DNA from: Geosiphon pyriformis uo1
Lineage: Eukaryota > Fungi > Glomeromycota
Direction of reading: 5' to 3'
Assembly (NCBI GenBank): GCA_016748015.1
Contig: JAAOMT010000790.1
Location: forward strand, 75,479-139,478
Length of the DNA: 64,000 nucleotides
How positions within the stretch are numbered: the stretch's first letter is position 1; every line of letters starts with the position of its first letter. Shown here piece after piece: positions 52,733-64,000 of this stretch. The position numbers and the translations under genes were made by a program. The notes beneath the pieces were generated by a model. It saw nothing but the letters and a program-made list of their open reading frames with translations. It did not search any database and was not told the origin of the DNA.

Positions 52733-53849
52733 CATAGTTAAAAGATATTTACTAACAAAAACAAAATCAATAGTCTTATTAGCCCCCCTAAAATTGCACC
52801 AAGTCAAAAGTTTGGAGGCAGAACTGCCCAAGAGCACATTATGCAATCCTAGTTTTAGACATGTTTTAAAACTTACACTACATTCTAATTTATTTTTATT
52901 GAAATTACTACTGAATATCACATAAAAGCTTGAATTTATAGTTATAATTATAAGCAAATTTATAATAAGTGCTTGGTTAAATTTTACACTGACTAAAATA
53001 CTAGCATACAAATCCAAAATTGTAATAGAGTTCTTATCTGCAAAAAGAAGATAAACAAAAAAAAGATGACCAGGAACTTTAGAAACTTTACACACATAAT
53101 AAGCAAGATTCTTACTCAAAACTATTGTTATCTCCAACCTCAAATGTCTATTGTCTAATTTAAAACTAAAAACTTTTAAACCAAAAAACCTGTTTTTGAG
53201 CCAAGACCCAGTATGGCCTTTAAGCTTCATCTTAATTAAAATAGAAACCAAGTTACCAGAATCTTTGTGCTATCTAATGACATTTTCTTGCTTAGTTATA
53301 TTGTTCAAGTCTCTAATATTGCATGTTATAAACTTCCAAACAAACTCATTTATTAAGATAATGAGTTCACAAAAAAAACTGAGCTAGTACACAAATGATT
53401 TAATTTTTTTAAAACCAAACTGATAGAGACTTCAAGAGTTATCAATTTGGATTTCAAACTATTAATTTTGGCAGTCAGAACTTTTGATCTGTTTAGATCC
53501 AAATTTGAAACCATATTGTTTGCAAAAAAAGATGAAAAAATTGGCAATTCAGACAAATCATTCAAAGCCATATCTAAATTTGAACTCAATTTCACAAAAA
53601 CAAAAACTAAAAAACAGATACCAAATCTACATTGCCTAATTTATGTACAACACTCAACATTTGGTCAGCCAGAAGTTCCAAAAAGCATTTTAGAGATACC
53701 AGACAAGCTTCAATAGTTAAATTACTTTAAACAGCCAAACCACCTTTTTCACTATTACTTAACACCCCAGAAAAAGAGGGAAAACCAACACCAGAACCAG
53801 AACTGACATGAGAACCATTAAAAAAAAAAGCAAATAAGACCACTTGTGC
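52733..53849 (-). mobile_element. LINE-2 5' part (ORF1 C-terminus and APE endonuclease)
   Basis: SKVLTAKINSLKSKLITLEVSI (ORF1 end, homologous to 8950-9050), then FVWKFITCNIRDLNN and TWCNFRGANKTIDFVFVS. Confidence 0.85.
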
Positions 53850-54455
53850 TGTTACTCTTAGAAAAAAGCATACAAAAAAAATAGTAAGAAAAAACAGATA
53901 AACCAATAAAAAAATAGTAGTTAACATATAAGCATATTGCTTAACAATGTGAAACATTGTCAAAAATTATGGCACATTGCTTAACAATATAGAACAATAT
54001 CAAAAAATCATAACACATTGTTCAGCAATATAAGCATTGCTTGAGAAATTATAGCACATTGCTCGAGAATATAAACAATCTCATAGAATCCAAATTATGT
54101 ATATATAGCAAGAGTATTAGAAGCAGAAAAGAAAGAAGTACCAAGATCTTTCTGTTAAAAACATCTTAGTTAGAATTATCAATATCAATAAATAATTATT
54201 TGCTATTTAAATCACTCTTCTCACTATTAATACTTTATGTTAATAGTATTCAATACTTGATCATACTAGAACAATAGCTCTTGATTATGACTATTGATGA
54301 GATATTAACTTTCATTGTCTTTACTTATATTTTTATTTTTTCTTTATTTTTTTTCTTAAGTTTTGTTTATTTGTTGTTTACTAATTGATTAACACATGAA
54401 AGTACTGATGTCAAGATATAGCACTGGTAAAAAACTCAAGAATAAGGGTAGATAC
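53850..54455 (+). mobile_element. Type-A LTR (element D), interrupted by element E; remainder expected beyond the window
   Basis: TGTTACTCTT start, GCACATTGCT repeats and TATA box. It breaks after AATAAGGGTAGATAC. Left flank GTGC. Confidence 0.88.
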
Positions 54456-55388
54456 TGTTACTTATAAAATATAGAAAGTATATTAGCATAAATATCAGCC
54501 AATCAGATATAGACATAGTAAAAGTGGAATTCCAGGATTCTTTTTAGAGGAATTGCAGAATTCCAGAAATTTCAGGATTCTCTAACGAGGAATTGCAGGA
54601 TTCCAGAATTCCAGAATTCCTCTCAAAAGAATTGCAAGATTCCAGAAATTCCAGAATTCTTATTGTGAGGAATTAAGGAATTGAAGAATCTCAATTATGT
54701 ATATATAGCAGTAGCATTAGAAGCAGAAAAAACAGAATTCATTAGAATAGAATTCATAGGTTAGAAATTCCAGATACCACAATTACTATTAATAAATATA
54801 CTTACTTCTTTCTTATTTAAAACCTCTACTATCAGCATTTTATGTTGATAGTAATCTATACTTGACCACACTGAAACAATAGCTCTTAATCATGGCTATT
54901 GACAAAATATTAACTAAATCACCTTGGTGTATTTCTTTATTTCCTTTTCTTTAGTCTCATTTTATTTTCTTTTCTTTATTTTTCTTTTTTTGATTTACTA
55001 TTGAGTACTAATTGATTAAAAGATAAAGCACTAAGTTATTGATGTCAAAAATAGCCTGGTAAAAGACCCAGAAATAAGAGTAAATTATATATATTATCGG
55101 ATAGCTTACCAAAAGGGCACAACTACCAGAATAAATTCGGCCACCAAGCTAAGAAAGAAATTGGGAAAACAACTTACCAACAACAACAACATCAACATTG
55201 AATCTCTGTCCATTATACAAAAGACTTCATCAAAATCTTTAGATTATCATCAATGTGAATAGCTTTTGAGTACCAAGTTATGGGTTTGTTATTTGATTTG
55301 AGACCCCAAATACTTACTTGTAACATTTGGTGCTCTCTGTGAAGTATAATTTTACAGAGAATCAGCACTATCAACATTAATTCCAAAA

Positions 55389-58300
55389 GTGGCAGAACCA
55401 GAAAACATAGAAGCAAACCATCTAGAATTCACGAAATCTTTATTTCAACATTACTGTCAACATTTGGAATTAAACCATAATCACATATCTGCAGAATCAG
55501 CCTTCAACTTCTACGTCAACGAGAAAATTGCTTATTTGTTAGGAACACTAACAAATACCAAATCCGCAAGAGAAACTTTCTACAGTGAATTAATTCAAAA
55601 CACCAGCCTACCAACAAACCATAATTTTGTATCCATTATCACTGAAATCAACAAAGAAATTGAACATTACACCCAACAAAGATACCCAATTACCTATGCC
55701 AATAAAGGCAGAGAAAAACTACAAACATCCGCAGTAACACCAAAAAGGATACAACCACTTATTTAAAAGAAACACAAAGTCAAGTCACCAACAAATCCAT
55801 CATACTACTACACACCAAGAAGTGCCATCAATATATTATTAACAGACACATTTACATCAAATATGACATCAACATTTGGATGATTCCCATTTCAAAATAA
55901 ACAAAAGAAAACAGACTTATTAGAACCATATGGTGAATACTTTGAAGAATTTAACTTACAATTATCAATGCCATCAGGACTCTGATCACCACCATCTTCA
56001 CCAGATTTCGGAATTTCCAATCTGTGGGAAGAAACAGAATCAGAAAAGATAGAAAAAAAAGAATCTGAGGAACAAAAATTTACTTACCAGAACCCAAACA
56101 CAAAAAATCCAAAAATTGAAACCCTGAATCTACAAACTCAGCAGAAAATCCGGAAATTGGAACTCCAAATATTCAAATGCTGCCAAATCAGGACAATCCA
56201 AACCCCAAATTACTAAATCAACAAAACTTATCTCCAGTAATCATTGTCAATTAACTTCAGATTGATCCTATAGCCAAACCTCTACAGCAGCCATTACAAT
56301 CACCACAGCAACCGTTCCAACAGCCACAACAACAACTTCAACCACCACAACAACAAAATGTAGACCCAATGACATATGCTCCAATTGCAAAACTTGACAA
56401 TTTTACTGGCAAAGAGGATGATGCTCAAGTGTGGCTTAATGATGTGGAAAAAGCCATTGCAGCCAATGGATGGAATAATGTTAGAGCAATGCAAGCCATT
56501 CCATACTTCCTTAAGAATACTGCTGATTCCTGGTATCAAAGCTTAATCAATAAACTCCAAGACTTCAATACATTCAAATTGGAATTTTTAAGATACTTTA
56601 GCAATAATAATAGCATCAACTGGTTAGCCAATATATTTAGCACCATAAAACAAGGAGAAACAGAAGCAGTCACCACTTACTTAGGACACTTCCATCAAAA
56701 CCTGCACCAAATCCAAGCAATTGACATCAACTATTTTACTGCACCACAGATTCTCAACCAGTTTATCTGTGGTCTGCACAATAGCATCTTACAACATGTA
56801 TATCCATTGCATCCAGGCACCTTTCAAGACGCAGTCACATGCACCAGAGATTTTGAGTCAGTTGAGTCCAAGGTTAACCATGCTCAAGCTGTTAATCTAG
56901 TGATAAATGGATCATCTGACTTGGATTCCAAATTGAAACAACTCAGTAATTCAATTGATAGGAAATTAGAAGAATACTTAGCTAACAATTACACAATTTA
57001 TCAGCCTTCACAATGATGCAGTAATCAAGAAAACTTCAATCATTTCCAAAATCAACCACATTTATCCTCATTAACCAATCAACAATGGCAACTGGAAATG
57101 CATGTCTGCCACTATTGTGGTAAACAAGGACATATCCAAATTGATTGCCGCTGTTACGGGATGGTTTTCTTGTTATATTTAATTGCTGATATCCCGCTTT
57201 AATTGCAATCAGTCTTTCGTGAGTTCCTCAATTCTATTTGTGTGATAATGTCACTGTTACACTGAAGGCTTTCTTTTTACTGTTGCGATGTAAGTTATTC
57301 TTTAATTCTTGATTGTTGTGTGTGTTTATGTACTCCTTCTNNNNNNNNNNNNNNNNNNNNNNNNNNNNNNNNNNNNNNNNNNNNNNNNNNNNNNNNNNNN
57401 NNNNNNNNNNNNNNNNNNNNNNNNNNNNNNNNNNNNNNNNNNNNNNNNNNNNNNNNNNNNNNNNNNNNNNNNNNNNNNNNNNNNNNNNNNNNNNNNNNNN
57501 NNNNNNNNNNNNNNNNNNNNNNNNNNNNNNNNNNNNNNNNNNNNNNNNNNNNNNNNNNNNNNNNNNNNNNNNNNNNNNNNNNNNNNNNNNNNNNNNNNNN
57601 NNNNNNNNNNNNNNNNNNNNNNNNNNNNNNNNNNNNNNNNNNNNNNNNNNNNNNNNNNNNNNNNNNNNNNNNNNNNNNNNNNNNNNNNNNNTTGTAGTTC
57701 TACGAGAAAATACTTTCTTTTTGATATTTCAACCTGGTGCTTGCTGCTATCACCAGTTGGTGTTGGCTGCTATTGTGAACTGGTGCTTGCCACTATCGCG
57801 AGATGGTGTTTGCTACTATGTTAATCATTACCTTTCTAAGATTATTACTGTGCTATATTATGATTGAATAGTTTGTATTATTTTTATGATTCTTTTTGCT
57901 AAATTCTTAAACCGTAACACCGCCTGTGCTTAAATAACCAACAATTGGGAAGTCAATATAGAAATCCTGATTGCCAGATTCAAACCCAAACAATTACCAA
58001 AATCAGGATCAATATCAAAACTCTTACTTGCCAATGACACAGCAATCAGTTTATCAACCAGCTGCTTATCAAATCCTGACACCAGTGATATATCAACTGC
58101 AGCTACAAGTAATCTATCAAACTTCACAAATTCAAACACTGCCACAAAACTTATTTCAAAATGGAGCCCAAAGGCCAAGAATGATATAACAAAACTGGAA
58201 ATTGGCAATGGTAGTTCACCAACTGATCCCCAGCTCATCAAACCAGCAAACAGGATCTCATCAGTGAATTTGGGTACTGGTGCCACCCAAAACCCGAATT

Positions 58301-61300
58301 TTCAACACTATTTAAGTCTCCTAGTTATTCCAGAAGATGCTACATCTAGCAACTTGGAACCCAGCCAACAACAGCTGCTTACTAGCAACATTCTACTAGC
58401 AACTATTTCCAATAACAAATCACTAGCAGCAATATTTCCATTCAAATTCGAGAAAACATCAGTGATGCCATTATTTAGTGGAGCCATTTTTAAAGAAAAA
58501 CCTATCATCACAATGTACACCAATGCCAAAGTTGATAGACACCTCATCAAACTAATCTTAAACAGTGGTTCAGCAGACAGTATTATCACTCGACAACTCA
58601 TGGATCAATTAGATTGCCGAGTTGATCATGCTGCCAGTGCTCACATAATTACTGCTAATGGAGCCACCAAAACTCCAATTGGCAAAATCAATGACTTCCC
58701 AATTGAAATCAATGGCATCATTACTTTCATTAAAGTCTTGGTAATGGAAGCAACTCAGTACTAAGCACTAGTGGGCAATGATTGGTTGTCCAAAACTAAT
58801 ACAACACTTGACTGGACCACACAAAAGTTGCAACTCAGCCAAAATGGCTAACACACGCAAGTACCAGCAACGTGTGGCCACTTTAAGGCTACCAACAACA
58901 CCACCCCACTAATTGACTTTAAGGAAAAGAAACCAAAACCTACATGGGAAGCCTACCAAGTTTCATGGACTGAAGAAGATCACAATAAACTGCTGTCAAT
59001 ACTCTTATGGGATAACAACCCCAAGAAAAAGCAAAAAGAGAAACTTATCTGGAAAACTAATAATCTAACCTGGACCAACAATGACAAAAGTGAACCAACA
59101 CCAAGCTGGAAATGAGAAAAAAATAGCAAAAAAAAAGGAAAAGTGAAGGAAAAAAAGCCACTACCAACTATTACTTATACCTCTTATCAATACACACCAT
59201 CATGACCATCTATCTATCACCACCCAAAATTAGTATGCATCAATTGTGGTAGAAAATTGTCATCAATGGGCACATGCTGTGGCAATAACGAAGAATATTT
59301 AATGGCAACCAAATTCTACTACTGTGCATGTGTCATAGAACACTTTGGAAAACTGAAACAAGTAGGAAAATGGGATAATGAACCATGCTTGGCTTGCAGA
59401 AAAACTTTTTTCAACAAAGGAATGTGGAACAACATTCCTGGAAGAAGAGGAACGTGTGACAAATTATGTCAATACATGATTCTAATTAGCAATTGGGTAA
59501 AAAAAGAGACACCCATAGATGCCATCTAGAGAAGAGCCATACAGCAATTAGACGGTTGTCCACATGACGACAACAAGATTTGGAAAATGGCAATTGCCAA
59601 AATCAAAGGAGCATTACCAAAAAAAATCAGGACAATTAAAAACAACCCACCAGAACCCATTGAGCTTAACTGGGATGCAGAACCTGTCATAAATTTTCTG
59701 GAACCAGAAGAGTTCTATAAACACTACCAAAACTTGGCACCCACTAGAGAAGAGCAAGAACAATGGCTAAAGCAGTTAAATACAAGACTGTGTTGCCATT
59801 GTTTGATTCCCAGTGATTTTAAATATTGTAATAATTGTGATCTTATTTACAATCTACTACCACGCATGATCTACATGATTCCGGAGAAAGAAGAACCAAT
59901 TAGCAGCTGTGCATCGGAATCGGATCTCAATCCCAATTCAAACTCTGACAATGAAGATGACAAAAACACTGGTTCTAGCTCTGTTTAATATGACAACAAA
60001 AATAGAAACAATTCGAACTCAGATTCAAACTCTAATCCAAACTATGAACAATACATCATGCTCTCTGACCTTACTAAGAAGCAGGAATTGAAATGGTTCA
60101 GTGATAATGATGAAGGTATCATGCCAGAACATGTACATAATACTGATACAGAATTTGATCTGAGATATCCAGAAAAGAATGTCATCAAATTAGAACTACA
60201 TTCGTGCACATATATCGATCTTAAAATAGCACTGGAAATTCTAGCAACAACAATGATTCAATTAGCATTTAGGAGTAGTTTAGCAAAAAAAGGGATACAG
60301 AGATTTGGATTCACAGGTAGAATAGATGTACCAGTTAATATGGTAGAAGAAGAAACTGTTGACCAAGGAGAATTTATCTTAATTGGTCAAGTAATTTCCA
60401 TTCCACTATATGACCAGTACATAGTAGCAATAGAGAGGAAGGTGAAAGATCAAGCACAGATTTTTAAAGCAGAAGCAAGCCTTTGTGAATCAGGAGAGAT
60501 TGGATTCATCAATCTCCACATACCAGCCAAAAATCATAATTACATTAAAATTCCCATCTACAATAACACAAAAAATGTTGTAGAAATACCAGAAGGAACC
60601 ACCATTAGATATTTGATTACAGAAATAGAAAACCAGCCACCGAACTCCATTCCAGACTTTTCACAGCTTTGTGGATATGTCAATATTATTTCATAAACCA
60701 TATATAAACAAAATAAATGTTATTTGCTCCAACCAGAACAATTGGAACAAATAAACATGGAAAACTTAGATCCACTCCAATGTATGCAGCTCAAAATGTT
60801 GCTCAACAATTTCAACAACATTTTTGTTAGCGAAAATGAATTTGGCTACACTGATATCATCTAACACCAGATTAAGACTGGAGATGCAATGCCAATTAAA
60901 CAAAGAACATACAGAGTACCACTAGCCAGCTATGAGATCATCTGTCAAGAAATCAATCAAATGCTTGACAATAGACTAATTCAGCCATCAATAAGCCCAT
61001 GGTTGTCACCAGTAGTACTTGTCTGAAAAAAAAATGGAAAGATTCACTTCTGTGTAGATTATAGAAAGCTCAATAGAGTAATTCGTGGAGACAGCTATCT
61101 GACTTTACAAATCCAAGAGTTATTTAATGCTTTCAGTGGAAACAAATGGTTCTCAACACTAGATCTAAACAGCAATTACTGGCAAGTAGCCATAGATCTG
61201 GCAGACAAAGAAAAGACAGCTTTTATGACAAGAGAAAGAAATTTTGAATTCAAAGTTATGCCATTTGGCTTAACCAATGCCCCAGCCACTTTTCAATGGC

Positions 61301-62151
61301 TTATGGAAATTGTTTACACTGGCTTATTGTAGAAATCAGTAGTTGTATACTTAGATGACACCAATGTATTCTTAAAGACATTTGATAACCATCTTCATTA
61401 TCTACAACAAGTATTCGAAAGACTCTGACAAGCAGGGCTAAAATTGAACACCACAAAATGTTTTTTTGGAAAAACAGAATTGAAATTTTTGGGACATATA
61501 GTCAGCAAAGACGGCATAAAAACAGATCCAGAGAAGATAGAGATAGTAAAAAACTTTCTGGTACCCACTAATGTAAACAAACTAAAATCATTCTTGGGAT
61601 TTGCAAGCTATTATCAACACTTTATAAAAAACTTTTCAAAGATAGCTCAACCACTCAACAATCTCTAAACTAAGAATGTAAAATACGAATGGACGGAAAA
61701 ACAACAAAAAGCTTTTGATATCTTAAGAAAAAAGCTTATCTAAGCTCCAGTACTGATCTATTCAAATCACAGCAAACCATTCATTATTACTATTGATGCA
61801 TCAAGTCAAGCATTGGGAGCAATACTATCTCAGAGAGAACCAAATGGAAGAGAACATTCAGTGGCATATGCCAACCAAGGTTTAACACCAGTTGAAAAGA
61901 ACTATAGAACACCAGAATTGGAATACTTAGCAATCTATTGGGCAGTCATTAAATGGAGCAAATACTTGAGCCAGAAATTTAATGTGTATACCGATCATAA
62001 AGAATTGACATTATTGCACAAACAGGAATTTGGAAAAGGCTGCCAGTCAAGATGGAAAATGGCACTCTCACCATACACTTATACAATACACTATAAAAAG
62101 GGAAAAAACAATGGAAATGCCAACGGTTTGTTATAGATAAGACAAATCTAA
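55389..62151 (+). pseudogene. Element E gag-protease-Cys-rich-dUTPase(deleted)-RT-RNase H
   Basis: CHYCGKQGHIQIDC at 57107-57148, ILNSGS, YLDD, DHKEL, ending IRQI*. Confidence 0.92.
57152..57919. mobile_element. Young LTR insertion of another family with an internal N-gap (57341-57691)
   Basis: TGTTACGG...CCGTAACA perfect inverted termini and perfect TSD CCGC (57148-57151, 57920-57923). Confidence 0.88.
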
Positions 62152-62213
62152 GAACATTCCAACCCAAAAATATAACAAAACCAGAACAATACAAACAAAA
62201 AATATAACAAAAC

Positions 62214-63596
62214 ATGAACACACAAAAATATTAACAACTTCAACACTACATAAACACTCAACAGTTCAAGGAAAATTTATCTCAGACAGAATGACAAAAT
62301 ATCAAACAACAATCAAAATATTTTATCAATTACCAAAACATACTTTATTGGAAGAATAGAAAAAATCCAGATCAACCAACCAGAGTAATTACAGAACCAG
62401 AAAAGGAGACAATCTTATTCAATATACACTCAGATCCAACTGTAGGACACTTTCACAAAGAAGCAACCATAGAAAGAACCAGAAAAAGATACTATTGGCC
62501 ATCAATGTATCCAGACATCATCCAATATGTTCAAAATTGTGATGCTTGTCAAAAAAAAGGAGGAACCAGACCCAGTGAACCATTGAGACCAATTAAAGTG
62601 GGACAACCATTTGACCACATTGGAATTAACTTAGTTGGACTGCTAACAATTACCAACAGAGACAACAAATATATTGTCATAGCCATAAACTATCTTACTA
62701 AATGGCCAGAGGTGAAAGAAATTCAAAGAGCAGATACAGAATCTGTTGCCGAATTCATTCATCAAGATTTGATTTGTTGACATAGATGTCTAAAAGAGTT
62801 GTTATCAGATCAAGGAACTCATTTTGTGAATAGAATATTAGCAGAATTAAGCCAGAGATTCGGAATTAAGAGACCACTATCATCACCATATCATCCACAA
62901 ACAAATGGTCTAGTTGAAAAATTCAATAGAACATTGTGTGAAGCAATTGCTAAAATCAGCCAAGAAAACCAAAACGAATGGGATTTGTTTATACCATCAG
63001 TACTATTGGCTTATTAGACAATGAAGCAAGATACTATACACATAACACCATTTAAATTAGTATATGATAGGACAGCAACATTATCAGTTAAAATAGAAGT
63101 CAACATATATCCAACCAAACCAATAACAAAAGAAAATTTCCAAAACACATTGTTAAGAAGAACATATGACTTAATGGAAACTTTAGAAAACAAATGGCAA
63201 AGAGCAGCTGATAACATTCAAAAGTCACAAGAAAAACAAAAAGAAAGGCATGATAACCAACTACCAGATAAACCAGTTGAATTCAAGATTGGAGACAAAG
63301 TACTCTTACATTGTACCAAAGTAGAAAAACAATGGAATGGAAAATTTGACCCCAAATGAGATGAATCATTTCACATAGAAAAAATTCTAGAAAATAGAGC
63401 TTATAAATTAAGATTGAACAACAAAATTTTAACCAAAGCAGCATATGGTGATCAACTGAAACCATACCACAATATAGTATCATTATTTACCAGTAATATA
63501 CCACAACTAAGAGTACAGAGAATACTAGTCCAACCAGAGAAGATTTCATGAGACCTGGAACCAATTATCATCATTGACAACAACACATTAAATTAA
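62214..63596 (+). pseudogene. Element E integrase (separate ORF)
   Basis: MNTQKY..., GHFHKEAT...CDAC, SDQGTHF, YHPQTNGLVEKFN, KFDPK. Confidence 0.9.
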
Positions 63597-63650
63597 TTGA
63601 CCAAAGGAATATAAAAAGACATGGTTGACGTGACAAAAGATACCAGAAAA

Positions 63651-64000
63651 ATGGAAATTACCGACAATATTCACTCACTAACATAGCAACTCTTTCAATT
63701 GATTCAACACCAAGAAATGAAGATTACAATCAATCAATAAATCATTCGATACAAAGACACTACAAAAGTACTATGACACAAAGTACAGAGAAAAACTGAA
63801 AATATGGTCAACAAAATAATTACCAAAATAAAATTGGCCATAAAAGAACCACAAATAGTGAAACAATACCAAGAGTTATCTAGAGAAACTTGGAATTGGT
63901 GGTTACAACAATTTTCAAGAAACTTTTGTTATTTTCACTTGGAACAACACATGAATATACAAAACTTATATACAAATCAGACCAAATATGTATTCAATAA
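63651..64000 (+). pseudogene. Element E ORF3 (partial), B-type
   Basis: MEITDNIHSLT*QLFQLIQHQEMKITINQ. Confidence 0.72.

Larger units (their letters stand above)
54456..64000 (+). mobile_element. Ty3/Gypsy LTR retrotransposon E (type-B LTR), truncated by window end
   Basis: 5' LTR at 54456-55325, PBS at 55326, then gag-pol, integrase and the start of ORF3. Confidence 0.93.

Noticed and set aside
57309-57867. Long ORFs in the track
   Set aside because: They are artefacts of the N-run, as is 2432-2749.
58180-58290. Programmed gag-pol frameshift
   Set aside because: The frame change in E is absent in A and B, where gag and protease are in one frame. It is likely a copy-specific 1-nt deletion.
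6540-64000. Alternative genetic code or stop readthrough explaining the many stops
   Set aside because: All three stop types occur at copy-specific positions and match C>T/G>A decay.

Overview
This is eukaryotic, AT-rich, fungal-type DNA. The retroelement peptides resemble those I recall from Glomeromycotina such as Geosiphon pyriformis, which is unverified. The first ~5.1 kb is CpG-containing and gene-like. It holds a Crinkler-type nuclease pseudogene, a ~1.7 kb palindrome, a truncated PCH2/TRIP13 pseudogene and a ~90-bp tandem repeat. The remaining ~59 kb is a nest of hypermutated transposons whose boundaries can be resolved from target-site duplications (TSDs). It contains a full-length RNase H-bearing L1-like LINE (6321-34109) split by a solo LTR and by Ty3/Gypsy element A, which itself contains element B. 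It also contains a second, older LINE, Gypsy element C (its 5' LTR carries a solo LTR and a 4.3 kb pogo transposon with cargo), and Gypsy element E, which runs off the window. The most notable system is the Gypsy family (A, B, C, E). All four copies share 4-bp TSDs, a Cys-rich insert plus dUTPase between protease and RT, and conserved stops after RNase H that leave integrase as a separate ORF. They also share a third ~210-aa ORF with its own TATA-like box before the 3' LTR, a gag frame with no AUG, and a U5/PBS hairpin. No element is intact, and domain calls rest on motif recognition without database searches.
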